A stretch of DNA of 64,000 nucleotides from an uncultured cyanobacterium (GTDB taxonomy: Bacteria > Cyanobacteriota > Cyanobacteriia > PCC-9006 > JAAUQQ01). Numbering within the stretch: position 1 is the first letter of the stretch; the number at the start of each line of letters is the position of its first letter. This document shows positions 33,276 through 44,200 of this stretch, piece after piece. The notes beneath the pieces were generated by a model. The model saw only the letters and a list, made by a program, of their open reading frames with translations. It was not told the origin of the DNA and searched no databases. The stretch spans positions 2,528,001 through 2,592,000 of the forward strand of contig OY970368.1 of NCBI GenBank assembly GCA_963718615.1, given 5' to 3'. The translations under genes were made by a program, and so were the position numbers.

Positions 33276-35882
33276 TTAAGGAATACAGGCGTCATTGACA
33301 TCAATAAAGGCGCTAGGTTCTGGACTACCGCTCACCGAGTTCAGCAACTGGACTGGAGCGTTGTTGTTGAGCGAAGATAGGAGATCCCGAGACCGCACAA
33401 AGAACGTGGCTTGGGTGTTTGGATCCAAGCTCAAGGTCGTGAGCGCAATCCCGCTAGGCGCAACGTTGCCAGCGGTAATCACACAGGCGGTCACGCTCGG
33501 ACTCACCGCTGCGACATCAATATCAAGCATACCGCTGCTCTGACCCTGAAGCCGGTTGTTGAGGATATTCAATACCGCAATCGTTGCGGCATCACGGGCT
33601 TCGATCTTAATCGCTTGTCCTCCATTGCCGGTGATTTCGTTGTTGCTGATCCCCGCCCCCTCAATCGAGGTATTGGTCGGCCATTCCTGGAGACCGGCCA
33701 CAGCCGCTACGGAGCGAATCCCATCACCGCTGTTGTCTGTGATCCTGTTGTTGTCGAGGGTGAGTTCCTGGGAACCGGCTGAGTTGAGGCCAATATCAAG
33801 ACCAGACGCACCGTTGTTGTTAATCTGGTTGCCCCGCACAAAGATTTCCTGAGAATAGGCTGTTGTTCCAGGATCGTCCGTACCGTTCAGAACTGAGATC
33901 CCCGCACCTCCATTGTTGCTGACCGTACTGTTGGTGATGCTCACTTCCTGGGAGCCTCCGCCCTGATTGGCCTGCACCTGCATGCCGACCGTCCCATTAC
34001 TGGAGATCGTGCCTTGATCCAAGCGTACTTCTTGGGAACTTGCAGTCGCTAGTATTGAACCCTCAGCCCGAATCAGGAGACCGGTTTGGCTACTATTGAG
34101 AATCGAGTTGTTGAGTAAACCACCGTTCACGAGACCTACGCTAGTATTGGTGGTGCTGCTGGGGGCGATTGAAATAATCTGACTCGGCGTGTTGCCAGGA
34201 CTCGCCAGGGCGGCAAATTCCATGCCAATGCCGTTGTCACTGAGCTGATAGCCTGCGATCGCCAGATCAACCGCTTGCAACGTGCTGCGGTTTTCGGCAT
34301 AGATCCCCCGACCCACAGCCCCAGAAATTTCATTGTCAAACAGTGTCACATTACCACCTACATCATCTAGAAAAATGCCATTGGCCCCAGCTCCAGTGAT
34401 GCGGTTGTTGCGCAGTTCTACGTTGGTAATGCCCCTTGCGACAAAGGCATTTTGACCGGCATTTTGCAATTGAAAACCCGCGAGAACCGTGCGATCGCCC
34501 CCGGCAGTCACCAAATTCTCGCCACCGCTAACGATTGGAAAAACCCCATCTCCGGAAAGGGGCAATTTCACCCGAATACCGTCGATATAGTTGTTGGTTT
34601 GGGAGAAGGGCAATCGAACTGGCTCAGCGAGAAAACCGGGGAACGGTAAGCCTGCAAGATACTGCTCAGGGCCCTGGGACAGAACCTGGCTACGGGGAGG
34701 AATGATAAAGCTTTGAATCGGGGTGACACTCCCTTCGCCATCGACGTAGATAACCGTGTTGCCATCGCTGTAGGTGGCGGGATCGCTGGTGACTAGGGCG
34801 ATCGCCTCTTCTACTGATCCAAAGGGACGTTCAATCGTGCCCGTTCCACCCGCACCTTGGCCGAGGGTCACATGGATAAAGCGATAATCTTGTTCTTCTT
34901 CGGGGTTTTGGAGAACTTGGGTGTTGTTTTCAGAGAAGACTTCGGCTTTAGATTGGGTTGCGATCGCAACGTTAGGATTCCGGACAAGCGACTCTCGCAG
35001 GCGATAGGGGACTTCTTCGGGGAATTCGGTTCTTTGCGCCGAACGTAAACCAGGGAGACTAGCACCAATGGAGAAAGCAAGATTCGTGCCAAATTCACCA
35101 TCGTGTTGCAGGGCTAAACCCGCATTGAAATTAGGCGTAAAATTGGCCGCAAGACGCAGTTTGCCGCCGATAAATCCATCGGTTTTGTCACCATCCATAA
35201 TATAGACACCCCCATAGCCGCGCAGGTCACCTCCTTGCCAGTGGGCTAACCTCCCGCCAACTTCCGCATCAGCACCGCGCAGGGCATCTTCGATCTGCAA
35301 GACCCGCTGGCGTTGGCGTTGGCTGTTGAGGACAAGCTGGTTGCCCTGAAAACCGCTGGTGGTGAGCAGGCCTGTGTCGATATCAATCTCTTTAATCTTG
35401 TTGCTGGTGTCACCCAGGGGCAAATAACCATTAATCCGAAAATCCCAGTTGCCCAGACTTTCAAATCCCGCCCCCAGTTGATAGAAGGTGCTTTCGCGGG
35501 TGGAGCGACTGTCAACGCCGATGTAGCCGCCTGTGATGCGATGGCGATCGCCATCAAAATCCCGATACCCCAAGGCCAAATTGCCCCCCCAATGCCCCCC
35601 ATTGTCCAGCAATAGACGGAGATCGAGGAACGTGAGAGTCTCACCGGGATTTTGGCCCATGGGGACAAAGCCTTGGATACCGGTGATGCCGTCAAAGCCA
35701 GCGCTGGAGCTGTTGTGGCCAATCCCTAAGCGGGCGGGGACTCTAAGGCTTTTGGCGTCACTCAATTCCGCCGGAATGGTCTCGGTCGGCGTCGATTCGG
35801 GGGATTGGGCGATCGCCACAAAACCGCCAATACGGTTAACCAGTAGAAATAGTGAGGCCGTCAGCAGGAGAGAATTACGCAT
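33276..35882 (-). CDS. Inverse-autotransporter-like outer-membrane protein with beta-helix passenger
   Basis: Signal peptide; N-terminal barrel motifs (GGNLALGYR, YQLGAGFESL, FRINGYLP); GTGTIERPFGSVEEA; many N.I..N...GI repeats. Confidence 0.75.
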   Translation of the reverse strand: MRNSLLLTASLFLLVNRIGGFVAIAQSPESTPTETIPAELSDAKSLRVPARLGIGHNSSSAGFDGITGIQGFVPMGQNPGETLTFLDLRLLLDNGGHWGGNLALGYRDFDGDRHRITGGYIGVDSRSTRESTFYQLGAGFESLGNWDFRINGYLPLGDTSNKIKEIDIDTGLLTTSGFQGNQLVLNSQRQRQRVLQIEDALRGADAEVGGRLAHWQGGDLRGYGGVYIMDGDKTDGFIGGKLRLAANFTPNFNAGLALQHDGEFGTNLAFSIGASLPGLRSAQRTEFPEEVPYRLRESLVRNPNVAIATQSKAEVFSENNTQVLQNPEEEQDYRFIHVTLGQGAGGTGTIERPFGSVEEAIALVTSDPATYSDGNTVIYVDGEGSVTPIQSFIIPPRSQVLSQGPEQYLAGLPFPGFLAEPVRLPFSQTNNYIDGIRVKLPLSGDGVFPIVSGGENLVTAGGDRTVLAGFQLQNAGQNAFVARGITNVELRNNRITGAGANGIFLDDVGGNVTLFDNEISGAVGRGIYAENRSTLQAVDLAIAGYQLSDNGIGMEFAALASPGNTPSQIISIAPSSTTNTSVGLVNGGLLNNSILNSSQTGLLIRAEGSILATASSQEVRLDQGTISSNGTVGMQVQANQGGGSQEVSITNSTVSNNGGAGISVLNGTDDPGTTAYSQEIFVRGNQINNNGASGLDIGLNSAGSQELTLDNNRITDNSGDGIRSVAAVAGLQEWPTNTSIEGAGISNNEITGNGGQAIKIEARDAATIAVLNILNNRLQGQSSGMLDIDVAAVSPSVTACVITAGNVAPSGIALTTLSLDPNTQATFFVRSRDLLSSLNNNAPVQLLNSVSGSPEPSAFIDVNDACIP

Positions 35883-36633
35883 GGGGTTAGGCAGATGCTC
35901 AGTAGGATGACTCAAAAGCGGTAGAACCGGAATATCCCTAAAGTTCCCTGATTTATTTGTTGAGAAACGAATTAGGTCGCGCAGGACAGCAGAGGCGGCC
36001 ATAAAAGCAGCCATAGAGGCGACTACAGAGGTGAGTAACCATAGAGGCAGCTACAATTCCTAGCGAAGTTTCTTTCTTCCAGAAATCTTGCTGATTAATG
36101 AAACTCTGTGGTTCTACCTAAGAAGAATTGCCGACGAGACCGTAGTCCTCTCAGAATAAAATTTCCTAGATTTTACGGATGAAGAAATCTTGCTCAAGTG
36201 AACACCTAAAAAGCTTTAAATTGCCGTTGATTAGGTATTCAAAGCGCCAGAGCCCTGTCTGGAAAAGATTTTTTTGCTTTTGTAACATATTTTGGCTTCA
36301 ACGCTTTGGGGCTCAAGTCTTACAGATACGTATGGTTATTTTTAGGCTCTCTTTTGTATCTGAAATTTTTAAGCTTGTGAAGAATCCGGAAGAATCATCT
36401 CAGCCAAATGTTTGATTTTTTTAATTAAGCCTTTGATGAAATCGGTCGTTCTTCGCGGGACATCTCTCTAAATTACGCAAAGAGAAAATAGAAACATCTA
36501 CGGAATCCCTTTGGGAGATCTTGGTATTCAATAGACTTCAGCAATCTGTATGGATAGGGCTCAACAGGCTTAAATATTCAGTACTGCCATTGTGCATCTA
36601 CATCAAGCTGTTTCCATTTGATCTAACAACAAG

Positions 36634-39117
36634 ATGATGAAACGCCCCCATTGGCCGTTGCGCCAGGGGCTGATTGCGCTGCTGATTTCTAGCGGTTCGG
36701 CGGCTTTGGTCGCTCCGCTGTTGGCGCAAACGGCACCTGGAACAATCATTCGCAATACATTTACAGGCACCTACGACGGGATGCAGGCCCCGGCGGTTTC
36801 CAACGAAGTGACATTAGTGATTTCTGAGGTCGCGGGGATTACGGTCCAAGCCCAGTCTCCGAGCAATCCTGGTCCTGACCCCGATGACAATCTATTTGTG
36901 GATTTTGTCATCACGAATACGGGGAACGATCCCACGACGTTTTTCCTGCCGGATACCGTTACGCTGGGCGGTGCTGGGGCAGCTTCGTTCACGGCTGGAA
37001 CCCTTGTCGTCACGAAGTTCAACGGTACTGCGCTGCCAACGCCTGTGCCTATCCCCAATGGGGGGGCCGAGACTGGAGCGTTTCCCAATGGGGGGTTGCC
37101 CGATGGGGGCTCGATTAATCCTGGTGCAACTGTTGTGGTGCGGGTACCGATTACGGTCAAAGGAACCGCGCAGAAGGGCGATCGCCTCAATGTCTCCCTG
37201 GGGAACACCACCCCTGCCGATGCCCAAAATCAGCCCTATACAGCGAATGGCGGCAGTGTTTATACGGTGGATAATGCCGGGACCGACAATGGGGATAGTA
37301 ATGGGGCTCCGGTGAATGGCGATCGCGAAGCCATGGACACTGCCTCACCCATTGTCGTTGGCGCAACTTTTCAAGCCTTTACCAAAATCCTCTTGGCCCA
37401 GACCTACAGCAATAACCAGACGCCAGGCGTAATCACCGATGACCGGCTTGATTATTGTCTAGCGCTGAACGTAGCGGATACGGTTCCCGAAGAATTAGTT
37501 GATGTGTTGCCGAGCGATCTGAATCCAACGGAGATTTCCCTCGATGGGGTGTTGGATAGCCGCGTTTTGATCGCCGATGCGATCCCAGCGAATATGCAAC
37601 TGACGGCAGCCGCACCCACAGCACCCACGAGCGTTCCGGGCTGGCAGGTCGTGTACACAACCAGCGCGCTTACCACTCCAGCCCATCAAGCGCAATGGAC
37701 CACTACCCGACCTACCACTGGGATTACCCGTGTGGGGTTCGTGATTGATCAGTCCGTTCAGCAGGGCAGCACCATCGGCGGCGGTAGCGATTGCTTTAAG
37801 TTCTCGGTGGAAGCCCAGCCCAGCTTTCCCGGTGGTCGAATTGAAAATATTGCCCAGGTATTTGGCCAATCCCAGCCGGGGCCAGTCCTGGCCAATACAC
37901 CAACCCAATTGGTTTATGACGAATCCGGGGACCAAACCCTCAACAACGGTTTGCTGCGCGACAACCCCGACCCCGAGAGCGGCGGCATTGCAGCGGCCAA
38001 TGGTGGAATCACCAACGGAGTGGCCACGCTAGAGGTGGATGGCGCGGATCCTGGTCGTGGTGCAGATCCAACGGCAAGCGATACGAATCAAGGCTTAGAC
38101 AGCGGTGATAATGCTGGAACCAAGGCCAAGGGCGGTGAAACGCTAATTTTTAATTTGGTGCCTGCGCCGATTAACGGGCCGGACCAGAAACCGGGGGCGA
38201 TCGGACCTAACAACGACAACGACGATTTCACCAGCAAACTGCTGATGCCGCCCGCTGCGCTCGACCCGGCCCTACCACTTAACGATGAGCAAACACCGCC
38301 GGTTACATTTACCAACACCGTCCGCAACAGCAGTATTACCCCCCAAGTAATTTCTTTGTTGCCGACACGACCGATCCAGCCAGACGCATTGCCTGATGGC
38401 ACGGTTGTAACGCTGACCAATCCGGTCAATGGCCAAACCGCCACCTATCGCTATACCGCAGCCGGTGGGTTTGAGTTTGTCTCCGGTGCAGGGGGTCCTA
38501 GCGCAACCCAGCCGGTTCAGCTTCAGGTCGGCACAGGCGAGGCCAGTCAGGCCAGCTATACAGTCGTTGTCAACCTGCCCAGCGCCAAACAGCTACAGGA
38601 ATATCCGATTCCCATTACAGCGTTTGTGGACCAGGGCACACCGGGGTTGGACCCTGATGATCCTGCGAATGTCACAATCAATCGCCTCTACACCGGCTTT
38701 ATTAAGGTTACCAAGGAAGCCCGAATTCTAGATGAAGAGGGTACAACCGAGCTAGTTGGTTTTACCACCGATCAGTCGAAGTTAGCCCCTGAGGTCAAAA
38801 ACGATCGCTTCATCGAATACCGGCTGATCTACAGCAACCTTGCCCAAGCGCAAGGCAGTGGTGCCGACAACATCATCTTACCGGCCACTAACTTTGTCTT
38901 AACCGAAGACGGTAAAGCCAACGGCAACACCTGGTTTGAACTCACCGACGATCCCAACGCTGCCAGTCGTCCGAGCAGCGGATCGGCGACTGCGACCCTC
39001 GGGACGATCGCCACCGTCACCACCGAAGGAGACATTCAAACCTACACCGTTACCGTGCCCGACTTCCAGCCCGGTGAGAGCGGCACGCTGATCTTCCGTC
39101 GTCAAATTCAGAAATAG
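36634..39117 (+). CDS. Secreted DUF11/Ig-like protein A, candidate major fibre subunit
   Basis: Signal peptide; mature N-terminus QTAPGTIIRNT...SNEVTLVI; C-terminal KVTK..IEYRLIYSN..VLTED..PGESGTLIFRRQI*. Confidence 0.75.
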   Translation: MMKRPHWPLRQGLIALLISSGSAALVAPLLAQTAPGTIIRNTFTGTYDGMQAPAVSNEVTLVISEVAGITVQAQSPSNPGPDPDDNLFVDFVITNTGNDPTTFFLPDTVTLGGAGAASFTAGTLVVTKFNGTALPTPVPIPNGGAETGAFPNGGLPDGGSINPGATVVVRVPITVKGTAQKGDRLNVSLGNTTPADAQNQPYTANGGSVYTVDNAGTDNGDSNGAPVNGDREAMDTASPIVVGATFQAFTKILLAQTYSNNQTPGVITDDRLDYCLALNVADTVPEELVDVLPSDLNPTEISLDGVLDSRVLIADAIPANMQLTAAAPTAPTSVPGWQVVYTTSALTTPAHQAQWTTTRPTTGITRVGFVIDQSVQQGSTIGGGSDCFKFSVEAQPSFPGGRIENIAQVFGQSQPGPVLANTPTQLVYDESGDQTLNNGLLRDNPDPESGGIAAANGGITNGVATLEVDGADPGRGADPTASDTNQGLDSGDNAGTKAKGGETLIFNLVPAPINGPDQKPGAIGPNNDNDDFTSKLLMPPAALDPALPLNDEQTPPVTFTNTVRNSSITPQVISLLPTRPIQPDALPDGTVVTLTNPVNGQTATYRYTAAGGFEFVSGAGGPSATQPVQLQVGTGEASQASYTVVVNLPSAKQLQEYPIPITAFVDQGTPGLDPDDPANVTINRLYTGFIKVTKEARILDEEGTTELVGFTTDQSKLAPEVKNDRFIEYRLIYSNLAQAQGSGADNIILPATNFVLTEDGKANGNTWFELTDDPNAASRPSSGSATATLGTIATVTTEGDIQTYTVTVPDFQPGESGTLIFRRQIQK

Positions 39118-39126
39118 GAGACCCCC

Positions 39127-39699
39127 ATGAAACCCATTCAGTTTGCGATGAGTGCGGGGTTAGCGGCGATCGCCTCAGTCTTAGCCCTCAACAGTGCCCC
39201 TCTCTTAGCAGAAGTCCAAGCCGGAGAGAGAGGTCCGTTTCTAGCCCAGGCCCAATCCCAGGCAGAGGTTAAGCTCCAGCTCATTGCGGCCAAGCGAGTG
39301 ACCACGACCGATCCCCAAGGACAGCCCCAGATGCGCTGGCAACCCCTAGAGGGCAATGCCGCCGTTCAACCAGGCGACGTGATTCGCTTTACGCTGCGCG
39401 GTAATAACGCAGGAAAAGGCCCAGCTCAGAAGTTAGTCCTGCAACAGCCAATTCCAGCGGGAACTCAGTTTGTGCTGCAATCCGCCCGGATGGTCAAGGG
39501 CTCCTCGGAGATTCTCTACAGCATCGACCAGGGCAAAACCTTTAGCCGCACCCCCGTCGTTACCGTCACCGAAAACGGTCGTGTGGTCGAACGCGCGGCT
39601 CCCCCCGAAGCCTACACCCACATTCAGCTTCGTCTGAGCCAGTCCCTCGCGCCCCAGGCTCAGATTGAAGGGGAATACCAGGTTCGGGTCGGTTCCTAG
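39127..39699 (+). CDS. Secreted single DUF11-like domain protein B
   Basis: Signal peptide; VQPGDVIRFTL..N...A..LVLQQPIPAGTQF...YQVRV*. Confidence 0.75.
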   Translation: MKPIQFAMSAGLAAIASVLALNSAPLLAEVQAGERGPFLAQAQSQAEVKLQLIAAKRVTTTDPQGQPQMRWQPLEGNAAVQPGDVIRFTLRGNNAGKGPAQKLVLQQPIPAGTQFVLQSARMVKGSSEILYSIDQGKTFSRTPVVTVTENGRVVERAAPPEAYTHIQLRLSQSLAPQAQIEGEYQVRVGS

Positions 39700-39771
39700 A
39701 CCGCTGGTGGGCGTATATCTCTTGTCCCTACGCCTTGTTTTTGACCGCACAGCTTTTTCCTAGCAATCATC

Positions 39772-41277
39772 ATGTCAACCCAACGATCCGTGCCTTTGTG
39801 GCTGCGTCGCCTTGCGGTGATGGCGATCGCCAGCGGCCTCGGGATTGTTCCGACTCCTTTGGTCGGCCTCACCCAAATCTCTGAGAGCCCTAAGGCCATC
39901 CTCAATACCGCTGCTTACACCTACCAAACCCCGGACGGCGAGACTGTTCAAGCGATTACGAATCAACTCGAACAACCCCTGATCGATCCCTTCGGGGTCC
40001 TAACCGGCTGTAACGGCGAACTGTTGCCGAGCTATCAAGGCTTTAGCGTCGGCGTCTACGATCCAGATTCCTCCGGCTTAGACCTCGGTCGCCTGACCGA
40101 TTTGACCCGCACGGAACTGCCCGACATTCCCGGTAACGGCATTTCCCGTGGCATTGCCCCCAATGGCCAAAATGCCAATCCCTTCTTTATTGGCGATGAT
40201 GGCCGCTATAGTTTCCTCCTGGATGAGAGCAAAGGTCAGCTTAATGTGGGTCGGTCCTACATCTTGGCGATTAATGCTCCGGATGGTTCGGTCTATGCCG
40301 ATCGCCGCATTCTGTTGACCATCACAGGACTTTCGGGTCGTATCCTCTCCTACCGAGCCACCGCCATTGACGGTCGGCCCCTCAGTACCCTCGACGGTCA
40401 AGATTCCGTCACGGGTGAGCTGGATCTGGAAAACGCAGAAACCCAGGGATTGGCGCTAGCGGTGCTGAATTTCTCTGCTAGTACCTGTGATGCCAGCGAG
40501 GTGCAAATTATTAAGGCGAGCGATCGCGCCGCCGCTGAACCGGGCGATACAGTTATCTATCGTCTCTCGATTCGCAATCTTTCCAGTACAACCCTCACCA
40601 GCCTAGTTACCACAGACATTCTGCCCCCTGGGTTTAAGTTTCTGGAGCGCTCGGCACGGGCCGAAGCGGGTGGCGTAGATGTACCGCTAACCGTCAGCCA
40701 AAACGGTCGCACGGTGACGTTTAATGCAGCGGCTCTCAATCTGCCCACTGCCCAAAATGGTGGAACGGCAGGGGTGCTGAATATTGCCTATGCCGCTCAG
40801 CTTACCCCGGATTCGATTCGGGGGAATGGGGAAAATCTGGCCTCGGTGCAAGGATTACGGGTGGATAATAACTTGGCCGTAAAAGATGGTCCGGCGCGGC
40901 ATAAATTGCGGGTGCGATCGGGCATTCTCTCGGACTGCGGCACAATTTTAGGCCGCGTCTTTGAGGACAAGAACTTTGACGGCGAACAGCAGCCCGGAGA
41001 ACCTGGCATTGCCAACGCCGTGATTATTCTCGACGACGGCAATCGCATCACCACGGACAAAGACGGGTTGTATTCCGTCGCTGGCGTGTTGGCAGGCCAA
41101 CGCACAGGCGTCCTGGATGCCACCTCCGTGACCGGCTACACCCTAGCCCCCAACCAAAAATTTGAAGAGCGCAACAGTCAATCTCGCCTGGTGAATCTTT
41201 CGCCTGGTGGTCTGGCGCGGATGAATTTTGCCGTCACCCCCGCTGTGAAGGAGGCTGAGCCATGCAATTGCAACTAA
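39772..41277 (+). CDS. Secreted DUF11 + SdrD-B-like protein C
   Basis: IIKASDRAAAEPGDTVIYRL..TDILPPGF..ENLASV; GRVFEDKNFDGEQQPGEPGI. Confidence 0.8.
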   Translation: MSTQRSVPLWLRRLAVMAIASGLGIVPTPLVGLTQISESPKAILNTAAYTYQTPDGETVQAITNQLEQPLIDPFGVLTGCNGELLPSYQGFSVGVYDPDSSGLDLGRLTDLTRTELPDIPGNGISRGIAPNGQNANPFFIGDDGRYSFLLDESKGQLNVGRSYILAINAPDGSVYADRRILLTITGLSGRILSYRATAIDGRPLSTLDGQDSVTGELDLENAETQGLALAVLNFSASTCDASEVQIIKASDRAAAEPGDTVIYRLSIRNLSSTTLTSLVTTDILPPGFKFLERSARAEAGGVDVPLTVSQNGRTVTFNAAALNLPTAQNGGTAGVLNIAYAAQLTPDSIRGNGENLASVQGLRVDNNLAVKDGPARHKLRVRSGILSDCGTILGRVFEDKNFDGEQQPGEPGIANAVIILDDGNRITTDKDGLYSVAGVLAGQRTGVLDATSVTGYTLAPNQKFEERNSQSRLVNLSPGGLARMNFAVTPAVKEAEPCNCN

Positions 41278-44200
41278 AATCAATTCCCCATTTCCTGATT
41301 CGTCTTGGTTTTCAGCTTCTGACCAGTGGCTCAGTCCTCTGTTTGATAGCGCTACCGACCTTGGCTGAAGTTCAGTCCCAGTCCTCAGCCCCTCCCAATC
41401 CAGACGTTGCTCAATCCGCTGGAATCGAGGCAACCGACGCAACCGCGTTCTGCCCCTGCGAACTCGAACTCAAAATCCTCAATCTCAATGAAGATGATGT
41501 TCTAGACGCCCCCTCCGGCATCATCGTCCTCAGCCACGACGCCCGCAAAACTGTCGAGCTGCGGGTCAATGGCGAAGTGGTGGAAGAAACCCTAATCGGT
41601 CGCCGGGAAAACGACGATGGCAAGGGCATCAGTCGCTCCACCTGGTACGGCGTACCGCTGCAATCGGGCAAAAATACTGTTACCGCCACCACCAACGATG
41701 GCGAAACCAAAATCGTCACCGTGATGGTTCGGGGCAAACCCCAACGCCTCACCGTCAGCACCGTCGAGACCCGGATCCCTGCTGATGGTCGCTCAGTTAT
41801 GACGGTCACCGGCCAGTTGCTGGACGAAGCAGGCAATCTGACCAATCGCAATACCCTGGTGACGGTCTCGGCGAATGGAGGGGAATTTGTTGGGGAAGAT
41901 GGCGATCGCCTACAAGACGGATTCCAAGTCGAAGCCCAAGATGGCAAATTTACCGCACAACTGCGATCGGGTCTTAAAGCCCAGCGGGTTCAAATCCGTG
42001 CCGCCGTAGGCAGCGGCCCCATCGGCAGCACCCCCCTTGAAGCCTTTACCCAAGCCGAGTTTGAAACCAGTCTGCGTCCCTCCATCGCCACGGGGGTCAT
42101 TAGCCTGCGTCTCGGTGGCGAAGGTAACGATTTCTACGGCAAGCTGCGGGACTTCTTGCCCTTGGACGGTGACAATGATTTTACCGCCGACCTCAAGGGC
42201 CAAGCCTTTGCCATGGGGGCGGTGGGGGATTGGTTATTGACGGGAGCTTACAATAGCGATCGCAACCTCAACGAAAGCTGCGACGAAACCAACCGCCTCT
42301 TCCGTGCCTCGGATCCCTGCGACAACGACTATCCCACCTACGGCGACGGTTCCCGATCGGAGATCCTGACCCCTTCCCTTGATAGCCTCTACCTGAAGTT
42401 CGAACGAACCTCTCCCGTGGCTCGGGCTGGAACCGATTCGTTCCTTTGGGGCGATTATAAGACTGACCAGTTTGCGCGGCGATCGCAACAGTTTACGGCC
42501 CTCACCCGCGAACTCCACGGTTTTTCCGGCAACTACAACTGGGATAACTTACAAATCTCTGGTTTCTTCGGCAACAACGTTCAAGGCTTCCAGCGGGACA
42601 CCATTAGCCCCGATGGCACCAGTGGATATTACTTCCTTTCCCGACGGCTGTTGCTCGAAGGCAGCGAAGATGTTTTTGTCGAACTAGAAGAACTCGATCG
42701 CCCCGGCACGGTGCTTCAGCGCATTCCCCTGCTTCGGGGTCAGGATTACACGATTGATTACGATCGCGGCACATTGCTGTTTACCGACCCAGTTCTACGC
42801 ACGGACATCAGTGCCGAAGGATTCACGCTGGTTCGTCGCATTGTCGCCACCTACCAGTACGACGATGGGGGTTCCGACAACAAGATCTACGGCGGTCGCT
42901 TACAGTACAACTTCTCGCGGGATAAGGGCCGTGAAACCTGGTTGGCGGGAACCTATCTGAGAGAAGACAAAGGCTCAAGGGATTACAGTCTCTTCGGTTT
43001 GGATACCTTAATCAGCCTAGGCGACAGGGGCACGCTGGTGGGCGAGTATGCGCGTTCGGACAACGACTCAGAAATTCTGGGCAATGTCGAGGGCAGCGCC
43101 TATCGCTTTGAGTTGGATGGCGAACTCACCGACAGCCTCTTGGGCCGCGCCTACTATCGCCATGCGGATACTGGCTTTAGCAACAACGCCACGGTCAGCT
43201 TTGTTCCTGGCCAAACGCGCTACGGTGCTCAGCTCAATGCAAGCATCGCCGATCGCACGCAGTTGCGATTCCAATACGATCATGAAAAGAACGAAGGCAA
43301 TGTTCCTCAGCCTCGGCTTACCTTCGGGGATCTGTTCGATGCCCAGGAAGAGGCCACACCGGGGGTCGAAGTCGATAATTCCCTGACCACGATTTCCGCC
43401 GGAGTTTTGCAGAAAATTGGTCCTGCCGATGTCAGTGTGGACTGGGTTTATCGCGATCGCAATGACAACAAGTCCCCTGGTATCTTCGACGAAAACTCCC
43501 AGCAGTTGCGATCGCGACTTCTCGTTCCCTTAAATGATCGCCTGAGTTTCCTGGCTCAAAACGAGACGACGCTTTCGGCGGATGTGGACCCGGTGTTTAG
43601 CGATCGCACTCTCCTCGGCCTCAATTGGAAAGTCTGGGATGGGGTCAACGCCCAGTTAGCCCAGCAATTTTTCCATCGGGGTCAGTACGCAGGCAAACAA
43701 ATCACCAGTTTGAATGTCACAGGTGACTATAATCTCAGCCGCGATACGCTCCTGCGGGGACGCTATACGGTTCTGAATGGGGCAGAAGACCTGCAAATGC
43801 AGGGAGCCGTGGGGATTCAGCACAATATCCCGATCAATCCTCACCTCAAGGCAGACCTAACCTTCGAGCGAGTATTCGGCAATCTTCTTGGGGACAATGC
43901 CGCCGCCGATGTCTTTGCTCAGCCCTTTGCCTTTGGCCAAAGTGCAGCGGCCCTCGGCATTCCCGACGGCACAAGCTACAGCGGTGGACTAACCTATGCC
44001 ACCGATCGCGTCCAAGCCAAAATCCGCTACGAACGCCGCAATTCCCCCCAGGGCAATAACCAGGTTCTTACCGCTGCCGCCGGAGGTAAAATCAACGATT
44101 CACTCACGGGACTTTTCAATTACAAACAGGCCCGAGCCGCAAATCAAACCCTAGAGAATTTGGGCACCACAGCCTATCTTAAAGCCGGTCTCGCCTACCG

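Noticed and set aside
36015-36633. c-di-GMP riboswitch, or the 78-aa ORF 36179-36415, upstream of the DUF11 operon
   Set aside because: No riboswitch consensus seen; the ORF has non-protein-like composition in AT-rich DNA.
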